Shown piece by piece: positions 52,099 to 62,152 of a stretch of 64,000 bases of DNA. The notes beneath the pieces were generated by a model, which worked only from the letters and a program-made list of their open reading frames with translations, was not told the DNA's origin and made no database searches. Source of the stretch: Candidatus Marinacidobacterales bacterium. GTDB taxonomy: Bacteria; Acidobacteriota; Vicinamibacteria; Marinacidobacterales; DATDRI01. The DNA is taken from contig OZ244742.1 in the NCBI GenBank assembly GCA_965219415.1, positions 1,600,001 through 1,664,000 of the forward strand. Reading direction: 5' to 3'. Numbering within the stretch: position 1 is the first letter of the stretch; each line of letters begins with the position of its first letter. The translations under genes were made by a program, and so were the position numbers.

Positions 52099-53426
52099 TT
52101 AGCGCGAAACATCTTCTCGAGCGCCGGTTCGGCTTTCAGGAGAGTGAACACCAAGGCCCGGTCGCCAGGCTGAAACGTGAAATCGCCACCCGGGACGTGA
52201 CGTTCGTCGCCGCGTATCACGGCGCCAATGATCGAGCCTTCCGGAAATTTCAAATCGCGCAGCGGATGGCGGATGACGGTGCAGTTGTCGGGCACTTCGA
52301 ACTCCACGACCTCGGCATCACCACTCTCGATCAGATCTAGGTTCAGAATCTCGCGCGGGTGAATCATTCGCAAGATTGTGCCGGCGGTGACGAGCCGCGG
52401 CGAGAGTGCGATATCGACGCGCGCGGCGCGAAGAACGTTGAGAAACTCGGGCCTCTGGTAGAGGGTCACGACCAGGCGGGCACCGAGCTCCTTCGCAAGA
52501 AACGAGGAAATGGCGTTCGCTTCATCCGCCTGTGTGGCGGCGACGAAATAATCGGCGTTATGCACTCCCGCCTCCCGGAGGAGGGCCGGATCGGTGGCGT
52601 CACCGCGAAGCACCAGGGTTTCCGGCGCTTCCGAGGCCAACGCGAAGGCCTTCTTTTCTTGGCGTTCTATCACCGTCACCTGGATCTTTTGTTCCACCAG
52701 CCCCTTGGCGAGCCACTGACCCACGTGGCCGGCACCGGCAATGACGACGTTGCGCGGCGGAGCCGACTCCACGCCGATCGCCTGCAAGAACTCCTTGATG
52801 GTCTCGGTTTGACCGACGGCATAGATTTCCTGGCCGGGCATAAGCACGGTGTCCCCCCGAGGCACAGTTAACCGGAGACCTTGCAGCACACCCACGAGAA
52901 TCCACCCGTCTGGTCCTTCTAGGTGTCTTAACGGCTTGCCGTAAATGTCCACCGACATCGACGGCCGTGCATGGAGGAGCACCAGTTTGTCATCGGCGAA
53001 GAAGTGAGCCTTGGTGGCGCCGGGAACTTTCGTTAGCCCGAGAATCTCCTCGGCCACCAAACGTTCCGGATAGAGAGGAATGATCTCTGGATCGGCTTCA
53101 AGTAGCGGATTCGATCCGTGATAAGGATCCCCCACTCGAGCCACGCATCGTTTCGCACCCATTTTGCGAGCGGTGAGCGCTACGAGCAGGTTGGTGGGAT
53201 CATTGTCGGAAACAGCGAAAACGAGCTCGGCGTCTTCGACGCCGTGCTCTTCGAGAATTGCCGGGTTGCAACCGTCACCGGTGACCGCAAGGACATCCAG
53301 CTCGCTTTGCAGACGCTGAACTTTTTCCGGATCGCGCTCGATGACCACCAGGTCATGACCTTCTTCAGAAAGCGAGCGGGCGATGTGAAAACCGACTTCG
53401 CCGACGCCGACGATGAAGACCTTCAT
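52095..53426 (-). CDS. trkA: Trk system regulatory subunit (two RCK repeats)
   Basis: GVGEVG and GAGHVG Rossmann motifs, GDG/GDAT; overlaps the trkH start. Confidence 0.93.
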   Translation of the reverse strand: MKVFIVGVGEVGFHIARSLSEEGHDLVVIERDPEKVQRLQSELDVLAVTGDGCNPAILEEHGVEDAELVFAVSDNDPTNLLVALTARKMGAKRCVARVGDPYHGSNPLLEADPEIIPLYPERLVAEEILGLTKVPGATKAHFFADDKLVLLHARPSMSVDIYGKPLRHLEGPDGWILVGVLQGLRLTVPRGDTVLMPGQEIYAVGQTETIKEFLQAIGVESAPPRNVVIAGAGHVGQWLAKGLVEQKIQVTVIERQEKKAFALASEAPETLVLRGDATDPALLREAGVHNADYFVAATQADEANAISSFLAKELGARLVVTLYQRPEFLNVLRAARVDIALSPRLVTAGTILRMIHPREILNLDLIESGDAEVVEFEVPDNCTVIRHPLRDLKFPEGSIIGAVIRGDERHVPGGDFTFQPGDRALVFTLLKAEPALEKMFRAK

Positions 53427-53448
53427 AGCGCGCTCATACTAGCATGGC

Positions 53449-54774
53449 TCATCGAATCAAATAGAGCTCGCTCTGTCTCCCGTCGATCCAATGCCAACCA
53501 TCTTCAAGAAGAGCCGCGTCTTCTTCCAGCGCGAATCGCACTTCCTTGCCGCCCCACTCCGGCACCTCCTGCTTAACATTGAGCTCGACGGAAAGCCAAG
53601 TGTTGGCTCGAAAGACAAACTCTCCTATTCCCGGAATTCCGTCCTGATAATCGGTCATGCCGATGGACGCGCCGGGAGCGTGACCGTAATAACCGATTGG
53701 GTGGCTATAGATCATGGGGTCGAGGCCTTCTGCCTTGGCTTGCTCCAACGCCTCTGCGAGAGCCTGATTCCCAGTGCGGCCAATGCGCGCCTTCTCCATG
53801 ATGATGTCTTGAAGTCGGTTGCCCGCCCGCTGACCGGCCGCCAAACCTGCCGGCGCCTCCGATTCTCCTGGCCGGAGAACGTAAGCGTTATGCTGGGTAT
53901 CGGTGGCAAGACCCAAGTAGCGGACGCCGAAGTCACAATGCAGGAAGTCGCCGCGCTCGATCACGTCGTAGCCAGGCTCGCCGTCTTCCGGTAGCTCGCC
54001 ACGACGTTGGATGGAGACCGACGGATGAAACCACTGCCCCAGCCCGAGCTCCGCGACTCTTTGTCTCATCCACCACTCGACATCGGCGGTCGTCGTCTGC
54101 CCCGGAACAATGACGCGATTCGAAAAGGCCTCCCGAATGATTTCATGAGCCACCTGCATGACGTGCCGGTACATGTCCGTCTGCTCAGGAAGCTTCACTT
54201 CGACCCATCCCACCGCAAGGTTCTCGGCCGAGACGACCCGGCCCGCGTACTTGGGAGTAAGAGCGTCGATCAGTTTTTCATGCTCGGTGAAGGTCAACCC
54301 GTCTCCGTGGTACCAAATGTCCGAGGTATTGATCCCGATAACCTTAGGGTCGCGTTCCTCGACGACTTGGCGAAGTCCCTCCCACTGTTCGTCATTCTTC
54401 GTCTTGTGCACTTCGAAAAGGCCCCGATAGTCGAAGCGCCCGATGGAAAGCCGTTCCACTGGTGTTTCCCCGCCCCGGTCGAAGAAGACGAGGATCGTTC
54501 GGCGACGAGACGCGTAGGTGGTAAGGGGCGCCATGGATCGAAAAACAGGATCATCGTTGTACTCCCGCGACACGATGATCCACATGTCGATCCCCTCGCG
54601 ATGCATGAGTCCTGGCAATAGCGTGTCGAATTTTTTCTCGATCCAGCCGTACGCGATAGGCGCCTGCTCGCGGTGGGTAAGCACGCGATTCGTGAGCCGC
54701 TCCTGACTCGCCGCCGTACCGGCCAGCATCAGGCCGCCCGCGAACAGAACGGAAACCCTCGCCAAACTACGCAT
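53449..54774 (-). CDS. M24 family (Xaa-Pro) aminopeptidase, secreted
   Basis: Signal peptide, REYNDDP, HCDFG, TDTQH, YSHPIGYYGH, SVEL, ALEED. Confidence 0.88.
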   Translation of the reverse strand: MRSLARVSVLFAGGLMLAGTAASQERLTNRVLTHREQAPIAYGWIEKKFDTLLPGLMHREGIDMWIIVSREYNDDPVFRSMAPLTTYASRRRTILVFFDRGGETPVERLSIGRFDYRGLFEVHKTKNDEQWEGLRQVVEERDPKVIGINTSDIWYHGDGLTFTEHEKLIDALTPKYAGRVVSAENLAVGWVEVKLPEQTDMYRHVMQVAHEIIREAFSNRVIVPGQTTTADVEWWMRQRVAELGLGQWFHPSVSIQRRGELPEDGEPGYDVIERGDFLHCDFGVRYLGLATDTQHNAYVLRPGESEAPAGLAAGQRAGNRLQDIIMEKARIGRTGNQALAEALEQAKAEGLDPMIYSHPIGYYGHAPGASIGMTDYQDGIPGIGEFVFRANTWLSVELNVKQEVPEWGGKEVRFALEEDAALLEDGWHWIDGRQSELYLIR

Positions 54775-54843
54775 GGAAATCCCCCCTTTGATGGCTGCGG
54801 ATTGCGCGCAGAGTCTAGCATGGATTGAAGTATCCTCTTCGCG

Positions 54844-56169
54844 ATGGGTCCCCCTCTATACCGGCTGCTCCTACCCCTGGCCCGCATCTTGGTCTGGCTC
54901 TTCTTCCGAAAAGTGGAAGTGCGCGGCCGAGAGCACGTGCCGCCGGATGGCCCGATCGTCGTCGCGTCCAATCATCCCAACATGCTCATGGACGCCGTCC
55001 TCCTCGGCACGACGCAGCCACGAGCCCTGAGCTTCCTCGCCAAAGCGACCTTGTTCAGCAGTCCCCTACTGGGACGTTTTCTCGCGGCGGCCGGCGTCCT
55101 GCCGGTTTTCAGGAGAAGCGACAACCCCGAGGAGACGGGCAAGAACGAACTCACCTTCGGCGCCTGCTACGAGTTGCTTGAGAACAGCGGTGCCCTCGCC
55201 ATCTTCCCCGAAGGCGTCAGCCACGAACGGCACGCGGTGCCTCCGTTGAAGACCGGGTGTGCGCGCATCACGTTGGAGGCGGAAGAGCGAAACGATTTCC
55301 GCTTGGGCGTCAAAATTGTGCCCGTGGGTCTCTACTTTTCCGCTCCTTCCATATTCCGAAGCGATGTCCTCGTCGCCTACGGCCCCGCTATTGATCCGCA
55401 AGAGTACTTCGATCGCTATCGTTCCGAGCCCCAAGAGACGGTCCGCGAGCTCACCACCGCGCTCGGGCGCAGGCTAAGAGAGCTCACGCTCCACGTACCG
55501 CAGTCCGGGGACGAGCCACTGTTGAGCGCCTTGCGCCAGATATTCCCCGCGGGGCATGACATCAGCAGTCGCCTCGAGGTCGATCAAGAGCTCTTCAAGG
55601 CCATCAAGCACTTCAGCGTTCACGATCCGGCTCACTATCGCCGCTCGCGAGAGGATGTGCTGCGCTACGTTCGGTTGTTGGATGCGTTTGGATTGGAGCA
55701 CTCTCAGGTGAAGCGGCGTTACCCATTAGGACCGGTGCTCCGCTACATGCTGCCAAGAGTGGTCGTAGCTTCGCTGGGACTTCCTATCTTTCTGTACGGT
55801 GCGATCAACAACTTCTTGCCGTACAAAACACCCGGCTGGCTCTCACGCCTAGTTGCTCAGCACCCGGTGGAGATCGCGACCGTCAAGTTCGTCGCCGGGC
55901 TCTTGAGCTTCCCGCTCTTCTACGCCCTTCAGACCTGGGCGGTGGGCCACTGGACTGGAGTCGGCACTGCCATCATCTATTTAGTATCACTACCCATGAC
56001 CGGCCTTCTTGCTCTCGACTACCAAGAAAGAATGTCCGGCTTCTTCGAAGAGGTGCGGCTTTTCTTCGTCCACCTGTTCCGGCGCGATGAGATTAGCCGG
56101 CTCCAGCAGCGACGCGAATCCATTAAGCGTGAGCTCAAGCTCTACCGCGAGGAGTATCTGAAACTATAG
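54844..56169 (+). CDS. Lysophospholipid/glycerol acyltransferase family
   Basis: NHPNMLMD (HxxxxD), FLAKATLF, IFPEGVSH, LKTG, IVPVGL. Confidence 0.88.
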   Translation: MGPPLYRLLLPLARILVWLFFRKVEVRGREHVPPDGPIVVASNHPNMLMDAVLLGTTQPRALSFLAKATLFSSPLLGRFLAAAGVLPVFRRSDNPEETGKNELTFGACYELLENSGALAIFPEGVSHERHAVPPLKTGCARITLEAEERNDFRLGVKIVPVGLYFSAPSIFRSDVLVAYGPAIDPQEYFDRYRSEPQETVRELTTALGRRLRELTLHVPQSGDEPLLSALRQIFPAGHDISSRLEVDQELFKAIKHFSVHDPAHYRRSREDVLRYVRLLDAFGLEHSQVKRRYPLGPVLRYMLPRVVVASLGLPIFLYGAINNFLPYKTPGWLSRLVAQHPVEIATVKFVAGLLSFPLFYALQTWAVGHWTGVGTAIIYLVSLPMTGLLALDYQERMSGFFEEVRLFFVHLFRRDEISRLQQRRESIKRELKLYREEYLKL

Positions 56170-56185
56170 CAACTGCGTCCGGACC

Positions 56186-56242
56186 TAGTAACCAAAGGTA
56201 ACAACTTCGCTTCGGTCTACAAAGTGTAAACAAAGAGTAACG
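56186..56242. promoter_or_regulatory. Candidate regulator binding array (GTAAC direct repeats)
   Basis: GTAAC at 56188 and 56198; GTAAAC at 56226, GTAAC at 56237; AT-rich intergenic. Confidence 0.35.
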
Positions 56243-56441
56243 ACGCGGCCGTCACATTGAACGCTATACCGAGCCCACACATCTCAGGCGACGCTAGACG
56301 TCAAATCCGTCCTGTCAAGAAAACCGCCCCTCCGTAGGCCTTTCACCACGGCCAGCCAGCGGCGCCGGCGGTAAGCTCTTACCAGCAAAGACCTTGATCC
56401 CGATTGTCCGCGGCACAAAGCTTGCACCTTTTTTGGGAAAA

Positions 56442-57897
56442 ATGTCGGCCGCACATCCAACCAAAGTCGGGAAGTACGACGTCTCATCGGTCTTGGGACA
56501 CGGTGCCATGGGCGTCGTCTATCGCGCCGTCGATTCCGGGCTAGGACGACAGGTCGCCATCAAGGCGATGTCCACCGACCTTCCGTCCGACTCCGAGTTC
56601 AGGATTCGTTTCGTTCGAGAAGCGCGGGCGGTCGCCCAGCTCCAACATCCCAACATCATTACCATCCACGAGCTGGTCGAAGAGGAAGGCACGCACTACA
56701 TCGTGATGGAGCTCCTCGAAGGTGCTTCACTCAGCACGCTCATCAGGAAGCGACCGATGGATCTGGCGGAGAAGCTCTCCATCCTTCGCCAAATCGCGGC
56801 CGGACTCCAGTGCGCACACGAAGACGGAATCGTCCACCGCGATCTCAAACCCAGCAACTTCTTCGTGCTGCGAAACGGTGTCGTCAAAGTCTTGGACTTC
56901 GGCGTCGCCAAGATAGGCGAGGGTGAGTTGACCCGCGCAGGGACGGTTTTCGGGACCGTTGAGTACATGTCACCCGAGCAGGTACGTGGCGAATCGGTGG
57001 ACACCCAAGCCGACATCTTCTCTCTCGGCGTCGTGGCCTACGAGCTTCTCATCGGACGCAATCCCTTCCGGGCCGAGACACTGGCCGCCTCGGTTTTCAA
57101 GATCCTTTCCGATGAACCGGGGAGCCTTGCGAAACAAGCAGAGGGCATCACCTCGGGATTGGAAGATCTCGTCTTTCGCGCCATCGCCAAGAAGACGGCG
57201 GCACGATTCGGAAGCATGGCGGAGTTCAGCGAAATCTTGGACGCCGTTGCGCTGGACGCCGGGATCGAACCTCGCCCTCCGGTGCTCTCGGACGACGACA
57301 TCGAGACCGGAAAAGAAGTGGTACCGGAGCACGCCCCTACTGCCGATCCGGTAGTCAATCAGTGGTCGCGTGTGGCCGAGGTCGCCGGGCAACTCGAAGA
57401 GGTCTATCAGCAAGGCCTCGACAAGTTCAACGCTCAGGATTACGAAGGCGCCGTCCTTTCGATGAGCCAAGTCCTTGGACGAGGTGCTAGTCCACTCGAT
57501 GGCGCTCCACTATTTATCTCAGAGCGAAGAGAAACTCCGACAGAAAAGCTTGGATGAATCCAAACACCAAGAAGCGACGACACTACTGGTCGCGATGAGA
57601 ACGGCACACCGGCAAGCCGATCCCAAAGAAGTCATCGACATCGTGACCAAGGTCCTCGCGGTCGATCCGGAATCGATGGAAGCCAGGTGGTACCGGCGCG
57701 CCGCGGAAACAAGGCTCACGTCTTCGTCGCACACACGGGGTGGCTCGGTCGTCTCACCAAGGAAGGTCCGCAGCCGATTGCAGCAGCAGGACGCCGCCGC
57801 CTTGAAACCGACACTCGTCGTACCGGTCATGTCCTCCTCCGCGCAGCAACGCTCCCTCGGTGTTTGGCTCCTCGCGGGCGCGGGCGCGCTCGGCTAG
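56442..57897 (+). pseudogene. Hanks-type Ser/Thr kinase (PknB-like) with TPR and TM; frameshifted and truncated
   Basis: GHGAMG, VAIK, HRDLKPSN, DFG, YMSPE intact; frameshift ~57480; ends mid-TM at TAG 57897. Confidence 0.8.
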
Positions 57898-58899
57898 TTG
57901 CCTGCGAGCTCGGACAACGTCCATGTCGCTATCGGCTTCATGAAGTCGCTCAAACCCGGTGGCGGGACGAATCTCTACGACGGACTTTCTATGGGACTCG
58001 AGGACCTGGACGACGATCGAGCCTCTAGCATCGTGCTCGTGACGGATGCGGTCACCAACACCGGCATCGTGGATCCCAAGGAGTTCCATCAGCTGATGCA
58101 GAGGGTCGACGTGCGGGTCTTCAGCTTCCTAATGGGGAACAATGCGAACTGGCCGCTGATGCGGACCATCACCGACGCGAGTGGGAGCTTTTGGAAGCCG
58201 ATCTCGAACTCCGACGACATCATCGGCGAGATCTTGCTGGCCAAGAGCAAGATTACGCATGAGAGCCTTCACGACGCCGAGATCAAAGTGCGCGGGGTCA
58301 AGGTCTTCGATGCCACCGACGAAATGATCGGAAAGATCTACCGCGGGCAGAGCTGGTTCTCTTCGGGCGTTACGAGACAGGCGGCAAAGCGAACCTATCA
58401 CTGGATGCTCGCATGACTGGCGAGGACAAAACCTATTCGACGAGCTTTGACTTCCCGGACATCGATACCGACAACCCCGAGATCGAGAGGCTCTGGGCGC
58501 TCAATCGCATCGAGACCATGGAGGCCAAGCGAGACGCAGGCTTCCTGCCGGAGAATGAAGCCCGGCAGGCCATCGTTGACATGGGCGTCGCCTACCAACT
58601 CGTCACCGACCACACCTCGATGGTCGTACTCTTCTGATGAGAGTTTCGTAAAGCGTGGAATCGACAGAAGGAATCAGCGTCGGACTGGAATCGAGCGCCA
58701 AGCCCAGGCGGTTCGGAGCAGTCAGCCACCCAGCAACCGGCGGGTGGACCAATCGTCACCCATGTTCAAGCACCGCGCACCGAGGCCCGGCCGCAGCCGA
58801 GGGGGCGGAGCCATCGATCCCTTGACCGGAACGATGGCACTGGGTCTCGTCGGCTGGGCGCTCGCGGCGCGCCGGCGCAGGAAGACTCTCGATCGGTAG
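57898..58899 (+). pseudogene. C-terminal part of a (VIT)-vWA protein with GlyGly-CTERM sorting signal
   Basis: GGGTNL, IVLVTD, ERLWAL, LVTDHTSMVVL, GGGAIDP-TM-RRRRK; three frames, N-terminus missing. Confidence 0.8.
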
Positions 58900-58903
58900 G
58901 TCG

Positions 58904-59581
58904 ATGAAGTTAAGAGCACTTGGTGATGTAGCGAGGCGCTTTCCGTGCGCCTCGCTGCTCCTCGGTGCCCTTGCAGTCGTGGTCTACGCGTTTCCGGCGC
59001 TCGCGGATGGGCTTCAATACGATCGGGCGGCGGTCCTAAAGGGAGAGCTTTGGAGGATCGTCACGTGCCATTGGACACATTGGTCGCTCGATCACCTGTT
59101 ATGGGATCTCGCGATCTTTGTCGGGCTGGGCGCCGCGTGCGAGCAGATGAATCGCTCGCGCTACCTTGCCGGACTGACGCTGTCCGCGATCCTCATCCCC
59201 TTGACGGTGTTGGTTCTCCTGCCCGGCATCGAGACCTATCGTGGCCTATCGGGTCTCGACTCCACGCTTTTTGCGCTGCTCGTGATTTTCAACCTGGACA
59301 AGAGATTGAGCCTCGGCGTGGGGTTTTTCGTTGGCTTTCTTCTAAAAACCGCCTACGAGTTGGCGACCGGCGGGACCGTCTTCGTTTCGGGCTCCCCCGA
59401 CATCGTGTCGGTCCCGTTGGCTCACGCGGTCGGCGCGGCGATTGGAATACTCATGGTGCTCGATAGGCGTGGATTAGGAACAACGACCCGCCCCCAAGCT
59501 CTTTGTGCTAACCTCCGTGACAACCGGCGGAGGGCCTTCCGTTGCTCCTCGATTTCGGAATCATCGCCAGCTACTTTCTGA
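58904..59581 (+). CDS. Rhombosortase (rhomboid family)
   Basis: GELWRIVTCHWTH, HLLWD, YRGLSG (Ser), AHAVGA (His); adjacent to a GlyGly-CTERM target; C-terminal tail may be extended. Confidence 0.85.
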   Translation: MKLRALGDVARRFPCASLLLGALAVVVYAFPALADGLQYDRAAVLKGELWRIVTCHWTHWSLDHLLWDLAIFVGLGAACEQMNRSRYLAGLTLSAILIPLTVLVLLPGIETYRGLSGLDSTLFALLVIFNLDKRLSLGVGFFVGFLLKTAYELATGGTVFVSGSPDIVSVPLAHAVGAAIGILMVLDRRGLGTTTRPQALCANLRDNRRRAFRCSSISESSPATF

Positions 59582-61098
59582 TCGTTCTTCTCATCGGATT
59601 GTGGTCCCGAGTGGGCAAGGACGTTACTCCCGATCAGTACTTCCTCAGCTCGCGCTCACTCAAGTGGCCTTCCATCGCCATCTCCACCATCGCAACGAAT
59701 ATCCATGCCGGACACTTCGTCGGAATGACTGGCTCGGCGTATCTCTACGGTTTGGCGCAAGCGAACCTCGAGATCAACGCCATCTTCGGCATTGTCATCG
59801 CCACACTCTTCTTCGTGCCGCTATTTCTGCGACAACGAGTCACGACGATCACCCAGTTCCTCGAGAACAAACTGGGACCCTATGTTGCCCTGGCCTACTC
59901 CTCGTTCATGATCCTCCTGTACGGGTTCTTGTTCATGGGCTCGGCCCTCTTTTGGGCTTCCTATGCGATCGATGGACTGTTCGGCGAGCTCATCGGAACC
60001 TCGGCTCTCGCCCCCCCCTGGGGTCTTTTTGCCTTGTCCATCGTCCTGGCAGCGTTCTCCGCCTTCTACACTTACCTAGGAGGCCTCCGGGCCGTAGTTC
60101 GCACCGATGTGGTTCAGTTCGTCCTGCTCCTCGGTGGTGGACTGGTCACCGTTTTCTTCGCCATCAAAGCGCTGGGTGGATGGCCGGAGCTCTGGTCCCA
60201 AACCCCGCAACTGATGCACTTGCACTTGCCGCGAGATCACGAAGCGCTGCCCTGGATCGGGCTCTTCGGCATGAACCTCCTCAATCTGAACTATTGGGGA
60301 GCCAATCAAGTCATTCTGCAGAGGGCGCTGGCAGCCAAAGACCTTCGACAGGCTCAAATCGGCCTCTTGGTGGGCGGCGCCATCAAATACGTCATGGTCG
60401 TGATCGTGATCGTTCCGGGAATCGCGCTCGCCGGAATCCTCCGAGACGATCCGCTCGAGGATCCCGATCAAGCGTATCTGACTCTGGTGAAGACTCTCCT
60501 TCCGGTGGGCCTCCGGGGGCTCGTCCTCTGCGGTCTTTTCGCTTCATTGATGAGCACGGTCGACTCCATCTACAACTCGGTGTCCACCATGTGGTCGGTG
60601 GACATCTACAAGAGGCACTTGAGACCGGAGGCGAGCAATTCTCAGATGGTGCGGGCCGCCCGAGCGGCCATGGTCGGCACGATGCTCTGTGGCTTGGCTT
60701 TCGCGTTCATGATGATCAGCGCCAAGCTCGGCAGTCAATCGTCGGCTTTCACGCACTGGTTCAACGAGCTCTCCTACTACGTCAAGAACGGTTTCGTGTT
60801 GCTCATTCTGGCGGCCGTCCTTCTCATCAAGCCGGCTAGAGCTCTCGTTCTGATCGTTCTAATCTCGAGCTGCTTGCTGTACTACGTTTTGAGCTTGGCT
60901 TTTCCAGCTATGAATTACTTCGTCCGCTCGGGCTGGGTCATCGTGGCGAGCTTTGCGATCGTCGCCATTCCCACTGTCTACAGGAACGGTTGGCGGCTGC
61001 CCGAAGGTAACTTCCTCGAGGTTTCTCATCCGCGGGTGGGGCACTTTGCGCTGGCCCTACTCGCTTCGCTCGTCTTCTGTCATATCGTTTTTCACTGA
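59542..61098 (+). CDS. Sodium:solute symporter (SGLT/SMIT-like)
   Basis: YFLSSRSL, ATNI..GHFVG, GGLRAVVRTDVVQ, YWGANQVILQRALAAK, ASLMSTVDS. Confidence 0.92.
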   Translation: MLLDFGIIASYFLIVLLIGLWSRVGKDVTPDQYFLSSRSLKWPSIAISTIATNIHAGHFVGMTGSAYLYGLAQANLEINAIFGIVIATLFFVPLFLRQRVTTITQFLENKLGPYVALAYSSFMILLYGFLFMGSALFWASYAIDGLFGELIGTSALAPPWGLFALSIVLAAFSAFYTYLGGLRAVVRTDVVQFVLLLGGGLVTVFFAIKALGGWPELWSQTPQLMHLHLPRDHEALPWIGLFGMNLLNLNYWGANQVILQRALAAKDLRQAQIGLLVGGAIKYVMVVIVIVPGIALAGILRDDPLEDPDQAYLTLVKTLLPVGLRGLVLCGLFASLMSTVDSIYNSVSTMWSVDIYKRHLRPEASNSQMVRAARAAMVGTMLCGLAFAFMMISAKLGSQSSAFTHWFNELSYYVKNGFVLLILAAVLLIKPARALVLIVLISSCLLYYVLSLAFPAMNYFVRSGWVIVASFAIVAIPTVYRNGWRLPEGNFLEVSHPRVGHFALALLASLVFCHIVFH

Positions 61099-61333
61099 GG
61101 CAGGGACATTTGAATTGACTTGACGTGCGGGTTCTTTTGATGCATTGTGAGGACGCCTTCGAGCTTCTGCCTGTTGAAATCACGCTGCCGGGGCTAGCCT
61201 GAATCTGCTCAGGTAACCAAGCGGGGTCGCGCGGCAAGCGAGACCGCTCTTCTTCAACTTGGCATCACGCAACACGCCCCAGCTCAGCTGTCCCGGAGCG
61301 CGTGACTCTCCGGTGTTTCCAGGGAGGACAAGT

Positions 61334-62134
61334 GTGAAGAGAGGACAAATCGCTGTCGCGAACGGGACCGCCGAACACTTCTCGGTCATCGCACCACGCT
61401 ACAGCGATCTCCGCACCACCGACCCGGAAGTGATTTCTCGCCTGATTGAAAAACTACCGGCCCGACGACCACTCCGCATCGTGGACGTCGGTTGCGGAAG
61501 CGGCCGGTACGATCTTGAGCTGCTTTCCCGGTTGGGCCAGACATCGAGCTTGATTTGTCTGGACTACAATTTCGAAATGCTCCGTACCCTTCACCAGGAG
61601 CTCCAACGGCAGTGCCTGGCCGGCTACTCCGTGCTACGAGCTTCTGCGTGCGCTCTCCCTTTCCGCAAGCAATATTTGGATTCCGTGCTGACGTTCAACG
61701 CTATCCATCACTTCAACGTCCCGGCGTTCTTACGTGAATGCGCCCGCGTCGTGCGTCCCAACGGCTCGGTTCTCATCTATACGCGAACCCGCTCTCAAAA
61801 TCGCAGCAACATCTGGGGGCAATATTTCCCTTTGTTCTCCGAAAAGGAGACGCGGCTCTTCGAGCTCTCCGAGCTCGAAGAGCTCGTTACAAAAACGCCG
61901 GGGCTCAATCTCGAGGAGGTCCAGGAGTTCCGATTCGATCGTCTAGCCTCGATCGATTGGCTGATCGAGCAAGCAACAAATCACCATTACTCTACGTTCG
62001 CGCTCTATGAGCCCGACGAGCTCGACCGAGCGATGGGGCAATTCAGGGACAACGTCCGCCGCGACTACCCGGATCCGGCGCACGTGACTTGGCAAGACAC
62101 CAACACGCTACTCGTTGTGCGGTCAGGCTCCTGA
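61334..62134 (+). CDS. Class I SAM-dependent methyltransferase
   Basis: VDVGCGSG, LDYNFEML, ALPF, AIHHF, RVVRPNG; GGAGG RBS before GTG 61334. Confidence 0.88.
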   Translation: MKRGQIAVANGTAEHFSVIAPRYSDLRTTDPEVISRLIEKLPARRPLRIVDVGCGSGRYDLELLSRLGQTSSLICLDYNFEMLRTLHQELQRQCLAGYSVLRASACALPFRKQYLDSVLTFNAIHHFNVPAFLRECARVVRPNGSVLIYTRTRSQNRSNIWGQYFPLFSEKETRLFELSELEELVTKTPGLNLEEVQEFRFDRLASIDWLIEQATNHHYSTFALYEPDELDRAMGQFRDNVRRDYPDPAHVTWQDTNTLLVVRSGS

Positions 62135-62152
62135 CATTTCCCGTGAAAAGGG

